A stretch of 64,000 nt of DNA, from positions 800,001-864,000 of the forward strand of contig CAVQBA010000004.1 in the NCBI GenBank assembly GCA_963710605.1, in the 5' to 3' direction. Under the pieces are notes generated by a model. The model ran no database searches and was not told where the DNA came from. It worked only from the letters and a program-made list of their open reading frames with translations. Source of the stretch: an uncultured cyanobacterium. GTDB taxonomy: Bacteria > Cyanobacteriota > Cyanobacteriia > Cyanobacteriales > Cyanobacteriaceae. Shown here in pieces: positions 47,637-58,671 of the stretch. A program made the translations under genes and the position numbers. The stretch's first letter is position 1. Each line of letters opens with the position of its first letter.

Positions 47637-47792
47637 ATGAAATTTATTCGCAAAAATAATAACGCAGGACAAGCTCATAAAGAAACCTTGAAAAAGAATT
47701 TAGAGCATCGCTTAGAAGTGGCTCGTAGTAAAGGTGATCAAAGTTTAGTTCAACAACTACAAAGAGAAGCCGCTTATTTAGATTTAAAATAA
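47637..47792 (+). CDS. pirA: PII-interacting regulator of arginine synthesis PirA (51 aa), absent from ORF track
   Basis: HKETLKKNLEHRLEVARSKGDQSLVQQLQREAAYL resembles Ssr0692/PirA; NtcA site upstream. Confidence 0.82.
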   Translation: MKFIRKNNNAGQAHKETLKKNLEHRLEVARSKGDQSLVQQLQREAAYLDLK

Positions 47793-47834
47793 ATTTGCCT
47801 TATTTTTGTTTTTTAACAATTTAATTGCAATTTT

Positions 47835-47869
47835 GATGTACACAAAGCAAAAAGTACATCTTTTTTTTT
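47835..47869 (+). terminator. Intrinsic terminator after pirA
   Basis: GATGTAC..GTACATC stem followed by T run. Confidence 0.7.
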
Positions 47870-48085
47870 GTCTAATATTAAGCATAAAGAGTCTCGATCG
47901 TTACAAATATTAATTAATAAGTAGTTCAGTTTAACTATCTATTTTTAGATTTTTTAGTCTCAACGATCGATGACATTAATTAGTTCTAATTTTTCAAAAA
48001 AAGATGGGATTTGATAACCAGCAAAAAATTAGGTGAACATTACTGCTCACCCTACAATTAAATTGTAATGACACTAGTCAAATAA

Positions 48086-49765
48086 CTAAGCCAAATCTGT
48101 TACCGCCCCTAAACTACTAGAAGAAACGAGTTTCGCATATTTACCCAAAATACCTCTACGGTAACGTGGCTCTGGTGCTTGCCATTTTTGACGACGTTGT
48201 TCTAACTCTTCAGTCGATATATTTAACTGTAATAGTTTGTCATTGGCATCGATCGTAATACTATCACCTTCATGAACCAAAGCAATATTACCACCAACTG
48301 CCGCCTCAGGAGCAACGTGTCCCACAACCAGACCGTATGTACCACCAGAGAAACGCCCATCAGTAATCAAGCCGACTTTGTCTCCTAAACCAGCACCGAT
48401 AATGGCACTAGTTGGGGCTAACATTTCTCGCATACCAGGACCACCGACTGGGCCTTCATAACGGACAATTATCACGTCTCCTGCACTGATTTTACCGTCG
48501 AGAATGGCATCTAAACATTCTTCTTCTGATTCAAATACTCTAGCAGGACCGGTAATTTTTGGGGTTTTAACACCTGTAATTTTAGCAACCGAGCCTTCAA
48601 TTGCTAGATTACCTTTAAGGATAGCTAAATGTCCTTTTTTATAAAGAGGATTATCGAGCGTACGAATAACATCTTGTTTTTGCGAAGGTTTTTCAGGAAT
48701 ATCAGCTAACGTTTCGGCGATCGTTTTTCCTGAAATAGTTAAGGCATCTCCATGTAATAAGCCATTAGCCAAAAGAATTTTCATCACTTGAGGAATACCA
48801 CCTGCTTTGTGTAAATCGACGGTGACATAACGTCCTGATGGTTTGAGATCACAAATTACAGGTACTTTCTGACGCATTGCTTCGACATCATCAATGGTTA
48901 AATCAACATCGATCGTATTACTAATAGCTAATAAGTGTAATACCGAATTAGTCGAGCCACCAACCGCCATAATGACAGCAAGAGCATTTTCAAACGCTTT
49001 ACGGGTTAGGATTTGTTTTGGTAATATTTGTTGACGAATAGCTTCAACTAATACCTCAGCCGATTGAGCTGTGCTATCTATTTTTTCTTGATCTTCTGCC
49101 GCCATTGTTGATGAATAAGGTAAACTCATCCCCATAGCTTCAAACGCTGAAGACATAGTATTAGCAGTAAACATACCACCACATGAGCCAGCACCCGGAC
49201 AAGCTTTTTTCTCGATCGCTTCTAATTCCTCGTCATCAATTTTACCTGCACTGTGTTGCCCTACCGCTTCAAAAGCACTAACTACAGTTAAATCTTGACC
49301 ATTATGATGTCCAGGTTTGATTGTACCACCATAGACAAAAATCGCAGGTATATTCATTCTCGCCATGGCAATCATCGCCCCGGGCATATTTTTATCACAA
49401 CCACCAATAGCAATTACACCGTCCATACTTTGAGCAGTACAAGCAGTTTCGATCGCATCTGCAATCACTTCACGAGACACAAGAGAATATTTCATCCCTT
49501 CTGTACCCATGGAAATCCCGTCACTGACAGTAATTGTGCCAAACATTTGAGGCATTGCACCTGCTTCACGAATACTATCATCTGCTTTAAGGGCTAATTC
49601 GTTCAAGCCCATATTGCAAGGAGTTATCGTGCTATATCCATTGGCTACTCCCACGATCGGTTTAGAGAAGTCATTATCACCAAACCCTACCGCTCTAAGC
49701 ATTGCACGGTTAGGAGATCTTTGAACACCTTGGGTAATTGCTTTACTTTTTATATTTTCTGTCAT
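48086..49765 (-). CDS. ilvD: Dihydroxy-acid dehydratase
   Basis: [38 protein letters not shown]. Confidence 0.98.
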   Translation of the reverse strand: MTENIKSKAITQGVQRSPNRAMLRAVGFGDNDFSKPIVGVANGYSTITPCNMGLNELALKADDSIREAGAMPQMFGTITVSDGISMGTEGMKYSLVSREVIADAIETACTAQSMDGVIAIGGCDKNMPGAMIAMARMNIPAIFVYGGTIKPGHHNGQDLTVVSAFEAVGQHSAGKIDDEELEAIEKKACPGAGSCGGMFTANTMSSAFEAMGMSLPYSSTMAAEDQEKIDSTAQSAEVLVEAIRQQILPKQILTRKAFENALAVIMAVGGSTNSVLHLLAISNTIDVDLTIDDVEAMRQKVPVICDLKPSGRYVTVDLHKAGGIPQVMKILLANGLLHGDALTISGKTIAETLADIPEKPSQKQDVIRTLDNPLYKKGHLAILKGNLAIEGSVAKITGVKTPKITGPARVFESEEECLDAILDGKISAGDVIIVRYEGPVGGPGMREMLAPTSAIIGAGLGDKVGLITDGRFSGGTYGLVVGHVAPEAAVGGNIALVHEGDSITIDANDKLLQLNISTEELEQRRQKWQAPEPRYRRGILGKYAKLVSSSSLGAVTDLA

Positions 49766-50028
49766 TATTTTCCATCCTGATCTTAATCTTTATTTTCTCA
49801 TGTCTGGAATGATAATGGATAATCGATCGTTAATAATTAACAATTAGCTTTTAACTCTTAACTGTTAACTCGTTCACTTAACACAAAACGATCGTACCGA
49901 TTTAATCTAATTTTAGTTCAATTTATTGAACGATCTCATCTTAGCCTTGAACTTAAGTTCAAGGCTCATCATCTACGTTAACTAAAGTTAACTAAAAACC
50001 TAAAATCAAAAATGTTAAATATCAATTC

Positions 50029-51024
50029 TCAATTGTTTACTACATTGCTTGGTTTACCTTGCTCAAAATTGGTAACATTTTCTAAAGTAGTTTGAGCAAT
50101 ATTATGTAAAGCATCTTTCGTAAAAAAGGCTTGATGTCCTGTTATTAAAACGTTAGGAAAGGTTAGTAAACGCTCAAATTCATCATCTTGAATCACTTCT
50201 TCTGATAAATTTTCAAAAAATAGGTTTTCTTCTTGTTCGTACACATCTATAGCCAAATAACCAATTTGTTTCGATTTTAAACCTTGAATAATTGCACTCG
50301 TATCAATTAATCCTCCTCTGCTAGTGTTAATTAACATTACTCCTGTTTTCATTTGTTGGATACTCGCTTCATCAATAATATGATAAGTATCAGGAGTTAG
50401 AGGGCAATGAAGAGTAATAATATCCGATCGATTCAATAATTCTTCAAGCTCAACGTATTTCACACCACTATTGGCAAATTCGGTATTAGGATACAAATCA
50501 TAAGCCAAGATATGACAGCCAAAACCTTGAAGTATTTTAGCTGTGATACGACCTATTTTTCCTGTCCCGATAATACCGACTGTACGATCGTGTAAATCAA
50601 ATCCGAGTAAACCATCTAAGGAAAAATTACCTTCTCTAACTCGATTATAGGCTTTGTGTATCTTACGATTCATTGCTAAAATTAAAGCGATCGTATGTTC
50701 GGCAACAGCATAAGGAGAATAGGCACTAACACGCACAACTGTTATTCCTAATTCTTGAGCGGTAGCCAAATCAACATTATTGTAACCTGCACAACGTAAA
50801 GCAATTAAACGTGTACCACCTTCGGCGAGAAAATGAAGTGTTTTTCGATCAAGTTGATCATTAACAAATACACAAACCCCGGCAAAACCAGAGGCTAAAA
50901 TTGCTGTATCTTGGTTTAAACGAGGCTCGAAAAATACTAATTCATGATCGTAATTTCCATTTTCGTTAACAGTATTTAAAAAATGACGATCGTATGGTTT
51001 AGTACCAAAAACAGCTATTTTCAT
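50029..51024 (-). CDS. ldhA: D-lactate dehydrogenase (D-2-hydroxyacid dehydrogenase)
   Basis: LRCAGYNNVD, YSPYAVAEH, GTGKIG, NTSRG, TGHQAFFT. Confidence 0.92.
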   Translation of the reverse strand: MKIAVFGTKPYDRHFLNTVNENGNYDHELVFFEPRLNQDTAILASGFAGVCVFVNDQLDRKTLHFLAEGGTRLIALRCAGYNNVDLATAQELGITVVRVSAYSPYAVAEHTIALILAMNRKIHKAYNRVREGNFSLDGLLGFDLHDRTVGIIGTGKIGRITAKILQGFGCHILAYDLYPNTEFANSGVKYVELEELLNRSDIITLHCPLTPDTYHIIDEASIQQMKTGVMLINTSRGGLIDTSAIIQGLKSKQIGYLAIDVYEQEENLFFENLSEEVIQDDEFERLLTFPNVLITGHQAFFTKDALHNIAQTTLENVTNFEQGKPSNVVNN

Positions 51025-51067
51025 CCAAACTAGATCGAGAAACGATCGATTAATTTTTAGTTCAATT

Positions 51068-52117
51068 TTATAACAAAATTAAAATAGTGATTATAATTCC
51101 TGCACCACTAATCAAACTAGCGATTAAAGTTTTATTCACGGTATTGTCTGCACTACTAGCTAAATCATCATCAGCAGATTGAAAACTCAAACTAGGTAAG
51201 CCTTTAATATCTTCTATTTGTTCTTCTGTCGGTACAAATACTTTCAAACTTTGAGGCACACATTCGATCGTAATTGGTGTTTCAAAATCTACTTCACCAT
51301 CAATCGCTACCTTTTGAGTTGGATTAGCTAAAATCGTTACTTTTTTAGTTCGTATGTGACTAATATCTTGATGCTTAACCGCTTCTTTTTGTAGGGCTTT
51401 TTTGAGTAGATGATAAGAAGCACCGATAGCATTAACTCTAGTTTCGGGAGCAACGACGGTAACATCAAGAAATCCATCATCGGCTATAAGTCGCTCTGCA
51501 CCTTGAGCAAGTAAAGACGAAGGTGGAGCTATATTAGCAACGGTTACAGCAACGGCGTTCACTTGAGTTGTTTCCTCTGGTGTTTCGATGACGACATTAA
51601 ATTTTTTAAATTTGCGTAATTGTTTAATTCCCGAATAAATATAAGCTAAAACACCTAAATTATCTTTCATTTCTCGATCGGCTTCTTCAACAGTATCCGC
51701 TTCAAATCCGATCGCTGTAATTAAAATCATAGCTCGATCGTCACATTTAGCAGTATCAATAACTCTAGTTTTACCTCCCACAATAGTCTTACATTGTTCT
51801 TCAAGAGAATTAGGAAGCTCTAAAGCCGAAGCAAAAGCATTAGCCGTACCACGAGCAACAATACCTAAACTGACACCAGTATTAGTTAAAACTCCTGCCA
51901 CTGAAGATACCGTACCATCACCACCAGAAGCAATTACAATCTCAGCATTTTGCTCTAAAGCTTGACGGGCTAATTCATCTGCACCAACTTCTTTAGTTGT
52001 TTCGTGAATATCCAGATCAAACTCAGGAGTTAAGATAGACTTAATTTTGGCTAAATCTTCGTCGGCATCGCCTTGACCTGAAACAGGGTTGAAAATAAGA
52101 TAAGCTGAACGAGTCAT
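51068..52117 (-). CDS. YegS/BmrU (diacylglycerol kinase family) lipid kinase
   Basis: FNPVSG, GGDGT, GTANAFA, IDGE. Confidence 0.92.
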   Translation of the reverse strand: MTRSAYLIFNPVSGQGDADEDLAKIKSILTPEFDLDIHETTKEVGADELARQALEQNAEIVIASGGDGTVSSVAGVLTNTGVSLGIVARGTANAFASALELPNSLEEQCKTIVGGKTRVIDTAKCDDRAMILITAIGFEADTVEEADREMKDNLGVLAYIYSGIKQLRKFKKFNVVIETPEETTQVNAVAVTVANIAPPSSLLAQGAERLIADDGFLDVTVVAPETRVNAIGASYHLLKKALQKEAVKHQDISHIRTKKVTILANPTQKVAIDGEVDFETPITIECVPQSLKVFVPTEEQIEDIKGLPSLSFQSADDDLASSADNTVNKTLIASLISGAGIIITILILL

Positions 52118-52199
52118 CTATTTTAGGGGTAATATGTTGAGAAATAAAACTTAATCGTTTTTTTAATCATAATCTTACTATGTAAAAAATCTAACTTCC

Positions 52200-52215
52200 T
52201 CCTCCTTTGGGTTTA
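52200..52215 (-). promoter_or_regulatory. Unassigned 16-bp motif 22 bp from a TAAGAT -10 box
   Basis: TCCTCCTTTGGGTTTA; -10 at 52172-52177 on minus strand. Confidence 0.45.
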
Positions 52216-52271
52216 ATTCTATTTTTTAGGTTGTTAATTGTTCGATATTTGTTGTTAATTTGAGATACTCG

Positions 52272-52673
52272 TCAAGGAAGAATAAAAATTACAATCGTCA
52301 ATGCAATCAAAGTATAAAAAACAACAGTACCAATTAAAATTGCCGAAATTAATAAACTTGGTGGGCGATAAAAATAGTCTTCTTGTTGCCAAGATTTTGT
52401 TTTCGATCGATAAACAATAATAATGATACTTAAAAATAGAATACCCGAACCAACGATCGTTAATCCTAGCAATGGAACAATTACATCGATAAATATAGGG
52501 TTTGCATCTTCAATTAATGCTAAATCTAAACGACTAAAAATCGCATAAAAACCAACCCCAAATCCAATCAGCTCAATACAATGTTGAATCCAACTAGCAA
52601 CAGTACGTTCAACCGCTAAGCGATTACGTTGTTTAGCTAACTCAGTAGTTTCATTAGTTTGCATTCTCGACAT
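52272..52673 (-). CDS. YidH/DUF202 membrane protein (divergent paralog)
   Basis: ELAKQRNRLAVERT..SWI..LIGFG. Confidence 0.8.
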   Translation of the reverse strand: MSRMQTNETTELAKQRNRLAVERTVASWIQHCIELIGFGVGFYAIFSRLDLALIEDANPIFIDVIVPLLGLTIVGSGILFLSIIIIVYRSKTKSWQQEDYFYRPPSLLISAILIGTVVFYTLIALTIVIFILP

Positions 52674-52733
52674 AGATAAAGCAGTGAACAGATAACAGAT
52701 GATAGCAGTGAATAACTGTTAGTTATCAATTAT

Positions 52734-53147
52734 TTAGATGACTGTTCTCCATAATATCCCGACAAAAGCAAATATACCAATACTGATTAAACCGATCGCT
52801 ACTGTTAAGCCGAGGGAGCGACGAGGAGTATATATATATTCACTATCTTGTTTGATTTTTTTTAGTTCTTGATTATGTTCTATTGAGGCGATAATTAAAG
52901 AATAAATACCGATCGCTATAAATCCTAAACCTAATAAACGAGAAAGCCTAACTTGATCTATTTTTTGTGCTACATCCAAGCTACTAATTGCACTCACTAC
53001 ACTATCAATCCCGAAACCAAAGCCAATAAGAGAAAGACTAGTCCGAATCCACGCCATTAAAGTCCGTTCAGCCGCCGCACGGGTACGCTCTTTTGCTAGT
53101 TGAGCTTGAATATTTAAAGGTTTACGAGGTGGTATGGATTGATTCAT
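52734..53147 (-). CDS. YidH/DUF202 membrane protein
   Basis: LAKERTRAAAERTLMAWIRTSLSLIGFG. Confidence 0.9.
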   Translation of the reverse strand: MNQSIPPRKPLNIQAQLAKERTRAAAERTLMAWIRTSLSLIGFGFGIDSVVSAISSLDVAQKIDQVRLSRLLGLGFIAIGIYSLIIASIEHNQELKKIKQDSEYIYTPRRSLGLTVAIGLISIGIFAFVGILWRTVI

Positions 53148-53342
53148 AAATTAGATTAGCTCTTTTTGAATTTAATCAAAACAAATTATGTACTTTTATT
53201 CAAAATCATAAAAGATTTTAGTCAATAATTACTAATCTGAATTTCCAATATTTTATCTAAATTAAAGAGATTACTTTAAGTTAATTTTTGCTAATTAAAA
53301 TAGTGGTAGTGATTATAATAAAATACAAGAAAAAACAATTGT

Positions 53343-53489
53343 ATATAGCGTTTCCCATAATTATGAGGTACATTTACTATTCGCACATTCCCCCACTCTC
53401 CCCTTAAAAGGGGAGATGCCGATAGGCAGAGGGGTCAGGGGGATTTAGGGGGCTATTTTTGCACTTCATAATGGCGATAATTGCTATAT
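53343..53489. mobile_element. MITE-like element (TATAG-ended family)
   Basis: ATATAGCG..ATTATGAGGTACA / TGCACTTCATAAT..TGCTATAT imperfect TIRs; GC-rich hairpin core CTCCCCTTAAAAGGGGAG, GGGGATTTAGGGGG. Confidence 0.65.
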
Positions 53490-53523
53490 TGTTTACCTTA
53501 ACTTTATCTAACCAAAAATACTT

Positions 53524-56166
53524 ATGTCAGAATTAAATCTTGTTGGAGCAGTTTCACCGATAGTAGAAACATCTTTAGTGGGTGAAACAAACAATCCAGC
53601 TATTTGGGTTAATCCAAGTAACAGTGAAGAAAGTATTATTATTGGTACTCTCAACGAAGGTGGTTTAGCAGTTTTCGATCTTAATGGAGCTATTTCACAA
53701 ACAATTTTGCCTAGTGAAGTTGGCGATATTACTTACAACAGTGTCGATATTGTCTATGGTTTTAAATTAAATAATCAATCAATTGATTTAGCCGTAGTGA
53801 GCGATCGAGAAAACGATACATTAGCAATTTTCAATATTAATCCTGTTACCCGTAACTTAGAAAATATAACTGCGAATAATGTTTTAGATAGTATTTTTGG
53901 GGTGGATGATGGTTTAGCTACTGCTTACGGTTTAGCAAGTTATACTAGTCCTGTTGAAGAGAAGTCATATATCTTTGTTACTCAAGCTGAGGGGAACAAA
54001 ATCGCTCAACTCGAATTAATCGGTAACGATGATGGTACAGTTAATGCAGAAGTTGTACGTACGATCGAATTACCTGTAGCTGTAGGTGATGATGTAGAAG
54101 ATTACCAAGCAGAAGCGATCGTAGTTGACCAAGAAAAAGCGATCGTTTATGTCGCAGTAGAAGATAGAATTGGGATTGTTAAATTTAATGCCGAGCCTTC
54201 AGGTGATAATCAAATAGAAGTAGTTTATTCACTCCCCTCAACAGATGAACCAGCAGAGTTGAATTTTGATGATATTATTGTTTTTGGTGATAGTATTGCT
54301 GATGTTGGTAACGCTAATCTAGCCACTGGAAATACAGTATTTCCTTCCCCACCATATAATAACGGACGAGCAAGTAACGGTTCAAGTATTGTCGAATTAA
54401 TTGCCGAACAAATTGGTTTAACTGGTTCAGCCTCTATACCTTCGTTAGCAGGAGGCGATAACTATGCTTTTGGTGGTGCTGAATTAGGGGATGGTTTTTC
54501 TACTTTGAATAGCCCTAATATCGGTTTCCAAATAGATTCTTATCTAGCTATCGATACACCTGAAGCTACCGATTTATTTTTAATTAATGCAGTTAGTAAT
54601 AATATTCTGACTAATCCTACAGTTACCGCTCAAACTCTAGTGGATTTTGTTGTTGATCATATTACTACATTAGCTAACGCAGGGGCAAAATCTTTTGCGA
54701 TTACTAATTCTCCTCCTGTAGATGATTCTCCTACAGTTGTAAGTACAGGTCTTAGCGATTTGGCTGAAATTCTCAAAATTCAATACAATCAACTTTTAGA
54801 TACCACATTAGATCAGTTACGTGATGATTTAGAAGTTACCATTTATGAATTAGATAGTACTTCTATTTATAGCGAAATTGAAGCTAATCCAACCGCTTTT
54901 GGTTTTAGTAATATAACCGATTCTGTTTTAGATACAGACACTTTAACCCTTCAAGGTAATCCAGATGAATTCTTCTGGTGGGATGATATTCATCCTACAT
55001 TATCAGCTAATCAATTATTCGCCGATAGTTTTGTCGAACAAATTTTAGAAAGTGACGATGATTCAAATGCTTTACCTTTAACTGGTGATTTAAAAGGGTT
55101 GGGTATTTATTATGGTGCTGATGGTACGGGTTATCTAATTGCTTCGGGGAATGATGACTCTGGTTACGCTGTTTTTCGTCGAGAAGGAAATAATCAATAT
55201 TTAGGTAATTTTCTTATTGATCAGAATCTGGATTTGGGTATTGATGGAGTTAGCCAAACTTCTGCTTTAGATATAACTAATGTTAGTTTAGGTTCTAGTT
55301 TTCCTAATGGATTATTAATAGTTCAAGATGGAGCAAATCTTGACGATTCCCAAAATAATACTACTAATTTTAAATTGATTGATTGGGGAGAAGTTGCTAA
55401 TACTTTTGATCCTTCTAATCCTTCCTTAATCATTGATACCACAAGTTTCGATCCTCGTAATCCTACACCACAACCATTTTTTAATTTAGATGCTTGGTTT
55501 GAATTGAATATCAATAATCTAGCACCAGTTTTTCAAGGTAGTGTTGCCGAAACCGAGTTAGGTCAAATCATCTATAATTTTGAGATTATTACCGATCGAG
55601 AAATTGAAATCAATTTAGCCGACGATGTAGCTGATTTAGGCACTGATGCAGTATTCCAAAACTTAGTTGGTTTATACGAAATTAATGACGAAAATGGCGG
55701 TATTGATATTGATGGTGATGGCATTACCGACTTCTTACCCAGCGATTAAGGTTATGCCCGTGCGGCACTTACGACTAATCGAGTTGATGATTTTTTAATC
55801 CGTGCAGGGGGTAGTGGTGTGTCTGACGCTAATACTACTACCGAACAATTTAACGATAATGATGTGATTGTTTTTGGTGGTAAACGTTATTCTACTTTTG
55901 TGATTGCTAACGGTGGTGTATTAGGTGGGATTGATGATTTTGTCAGTCAAGAAGACAACGAAACTGATGGTATCTTTAATGATATGGCGAAATTTATTGA
56001 CGATCAAGTAGCTTACTTTTCTTTTATTGGTGCGAATCCTGACGGTGTAGAACATTTACAAGCACGAGGTAACAATGTCTTTGGTTTTGAAGATTTACCT
56101 TCTAATTTGGGACAAAGCGATCGAGATTTTAATGATGCGGTATTCCAATTAGAATTTTTAGTTTAA
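53524..56166 (+). CDS. Beta-propeller phytase-like protein with inserted SGNH/GDSL hydrolase and C-terminal DUF4114-like domain, interrupted by in-frame TAA at 55747-55749
   Basis: PAIW, DLAVVSDR, YGL, VQDG, NFKL phytase motifs; FGDSIAD and WDDIHPT; frame continues GYARAAL..FGFEDL..DRDFNDAV (880 codons). Confidence 0.82.
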
Positions 56167-56204
56167 ACATTATGATTAGGGTGGGCGATGCTCACCTTTG
56201 TCTG

Positions 56205-56233
56205 GTAGGGACGTAGCACTGCTACGTCCCTAC
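56205..56233. repeat. GTAG-type REP-like perfect palindrome
   Basis: GTAGGGACGTAGCA-C-TGCTACGTCCCTAC. Confidence 0.8.
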
Positions 56234-56270
56234 AATAATTGATTTTTATTTGAAATGACTATAGTAGTAA

Positions 56271-56455
56271 ATATAGCCATTATTTTCTCTTAGTTAAAAT
56301 TGAACTTGGTCAAATCGATCGAGTAGTAATAGCTTCTAGCTATTTATTTTGAGCTTCTAGCTATTTTCTTCTTTTTGAGAATGAAACAGCCCTACCCAGA
56401 ATTGGGGAATTTAGGGGGCTTTCTTTGTATTTTATAATGGCAATAATTGCTATAT
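56271..56455. mobile_element. MITE-like element (TATAG-ended family)
   Basis: ATATAGCCATTATT / AATAATTGCTATAT TIRs; right ~50 bp similar to 53438-53489. Confidence 0.55.
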
Positions 56456-56701
56456 ATAATCAAGATATTTATTAACCAGTTATTTAGACTACCTTGCCCA
56501 GTAATTTACTATCTGAATAAAAATAGAAATTTGAATTTGGTATAAGTATTAAAATTTTTTATTAATAAACATCAGAGCTTTGATTAAAAATATATCCAAA
56601 CTTTATCTTAGAAGAAATTAGTATTTTTTGGCGAATACTCTACTTTAAGCTTTTACGGGAATAGTTAACAAAAACCAAACTAAATAAACAGTATTAGTAA
56701 A

Positions 56702-57958
56702 ATGAATTGGAAAAAAAGACTCAACAAATATGTCTGGTGGATTATTTATAGCTTTTGTGGATATTTGCTTTTAACGCACTTAATTAATCAGCCTTTTCAT
56801 TTTGTCTATTTGGTATTTTATCCGTTTGTATTTTATCTTATTTGTTTTATAAATGTTCTTATTCACGAATTTGGTCATGCTATTGCAGGTTGGTTAGTCG
56901 GCTTTAAAATCCCCAAAATTATTATTGGCAAAGGAAAGAATATTTATAAGTTTAAAATCAAAAAAACTTCAACACATTTATATATCAATAGTCTTCCATT
57001 CACTGGTTTAACTTATGCAAACGAATTTTCACCTAACAACTTCAGATTAAAGTATTTATTTTTTACATTAGGAGGAGTGATTTCACAAGTTTTTTTTAGT
57101 ATTATTAGTTTTGTCTATTTGTACATTAATTATGATTTAGACATGATCCATACCAATATAACGTTAAAGCACTTTTATTATGCTTCATCATTATTTATTT
57201 TCCTTAATATATTGGATATATTCAATAATTTAATCCCAAAATATTACAAAATAAGTAACGAATATTATCCTAGTGATGGTTTAACTTTTTGGCAAACTAT
57301 TTGGATGAAAAAAAATGATTTAGATGAAACTATATTTGCAGATAGAATCAATAAAGGAATAAAAAAAATACAAGAAGGTAAATATTTAGAAGCAGAAGAA
57401 ATCTATAATAAATGTCTGGAAGAAGTACCCGATTTATCTTTAGCAATAATTAACTTGTCAATAGCATATATTCTTCAAGAAAAAATTGACAAAGCGATTA
57501 ATATATCATCAGAATTAATTAAAAATCTAAATTTAGATAACAGTAAAAAAAAATATATTTGTAATACTTTAGCTCATGGTTATTTATTAAAATTTACTAG
57601 TGATACACAATTTTTAGAAAAAGCTGATTCCGCATCAAGAGAAGCTTATTTTATCGATCCGAACTTTATTTATATTGTTCAAATTAGAGCTTCTATTCTG
57701 ATTGAAATAGGTGAAATAAATGAAGGTGTACAAATATTAGAAAAAATAATTACAAGTAAGGAAGAAAACATAACAGATGAGGAAAAAAATGATGTAATTA
57801 ATTTTCTTTATCTAGCTTATGGTTATTACCTTCAAGAAAAATGGCAGGAATCTCGACAATATTGGTTATTAGTTAAAGATAATGAAAGTTTAAAAACCAC
57901 TGAATATCGAATACTTTTTCAACATATTTTAAAGCAAACAAATAATTTTAATTTTTGA
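56702..57958 (+). CDS. M50 (site-2) membrane metalloprotease with C-terminal TPR region
   Basis: HEFGH in TM context, NLIP..SDG motif, TPR-like helices. Confidence 0.85.
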   Translation: MNWKKRLNKYVWWIIYSFCGYLLLTHLINQPFHFVYLVFYPFVFYLICFINVLIHEFGHAIAGWLVGFKIPKIIIGKGKNIYKFKIKKTSTHLYINSLPFTGLTYANEFSPNNFRLKYLFFTLGGVISQVFFSIISFVYLYINYDLDMIHTNITLKHFYYASSLFIFLNILDIFNNLIPKYYKISNEYYPSDGLTFWQTIWMKKNDLDETIFADRINKGIKKIQEGKYLEAEEIYNKCLEEVPDLSLAIINLSIAYILQEKIDKAINISSELIKNLNLDNSKKKYICNTLAHGYLLKFTSDTQFLEKADSASREAYFIDPNFIYIVQIRASILIEIGEINEGVQILEKIITSKEENITDEEKNDVINFLYLAYGYYLQEKWQESRQYWLLVKDNESLKTTEYRILFQHILKQTNNFNF

Positions 57959-58202
57959 TAAAGCGTTAATTAATCACTTCAATTATTCATCAGTTGTTTT
58001 TTTGAAATTATCGTGTAGGTAGTATTACAGCGATAAATTTGTTTAATATCGAAGCCAGAAAGAAAGAAAGAATATAATAAAGATTATCGACAAGAATCAA
58101 AACCATCGACAAGTAATTCGATCGTCACTAAAAAAGCCTTTAATGAAGATTACAAAATAATTCAACCTTTTTCGAGAATACATTCTAATTAATTTAAAAC
58201 AT

Positions 58203-58532
58203 ATGACACGACAACTAATAGATAGAGAAACTAATCAAGAAGCTTTTCCTAAATTAAGTGAAAATAATCTGCTCGAATTAAGTCAGTTTGGTGAATTACG
58301 TCAACTTGGTGATGATAAAGGTTTTATTAAAGCAGGATTAGAAGTCAAAGATTCACCTTATTGGGATAGTAAAGAAAGACAACCTTTTTTCTTAGAAACA
58401 AGTAGTCGTGGTGTTTTTACCGCAGGAGATGTACGATCGGATTCAATCAAAAGAGTAGCCTCAGCAGTGGGTGAAGGTTCGATGGCTGTCAAATTCGTTC
58501 ATAAAGTGTTGAGCGAATCAATCGCAGAGTAA
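58203..58532 (+). pseudogene. Internally deleted thioredoxin-reductase-like gene (in-frame N- and C-terminal remnants)
   Basis: AFPKLSE N-terminus fused to ETSSRGVFTAGDVRSDSIKRVASAVGEG; GxGxxG and CxxC regions absent. Confidence 0.78.
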
Positions 58533-58658
58533 GTAGTTATTTTAATCAACAAAGGAGACGATCGATAATTTTGTAGTAATTTTGTAGTAGTAAAGGCTTT
58601 AGCCTTTCTCTACATTTATAGATAACTTTCCTCAACAAAATGATATAGTAAAAAAATT

Positions 58659-58671
58659 GATAATTATTATC
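58659..58671. promoter_or_regulatory. Fur-family-like box
   Basis: GATAAT-T-ATTATC perfect inverted repeat 47 bp upstream of the metallophosphoesterase start. Confidence 0.4.

Noticed and set aside
53250-53290. Copy of the unassigned 16-bp motif upstream of the yidH pair
   Set aside because: Poor match and no TAnnnT at the 22-bp spacing
53491-53509. Pho-box-like repeat before the phytase-like gene
   Set aside because: Degenerate and only 14 bp from the ATG, too close for a normal promoter; noted only as context
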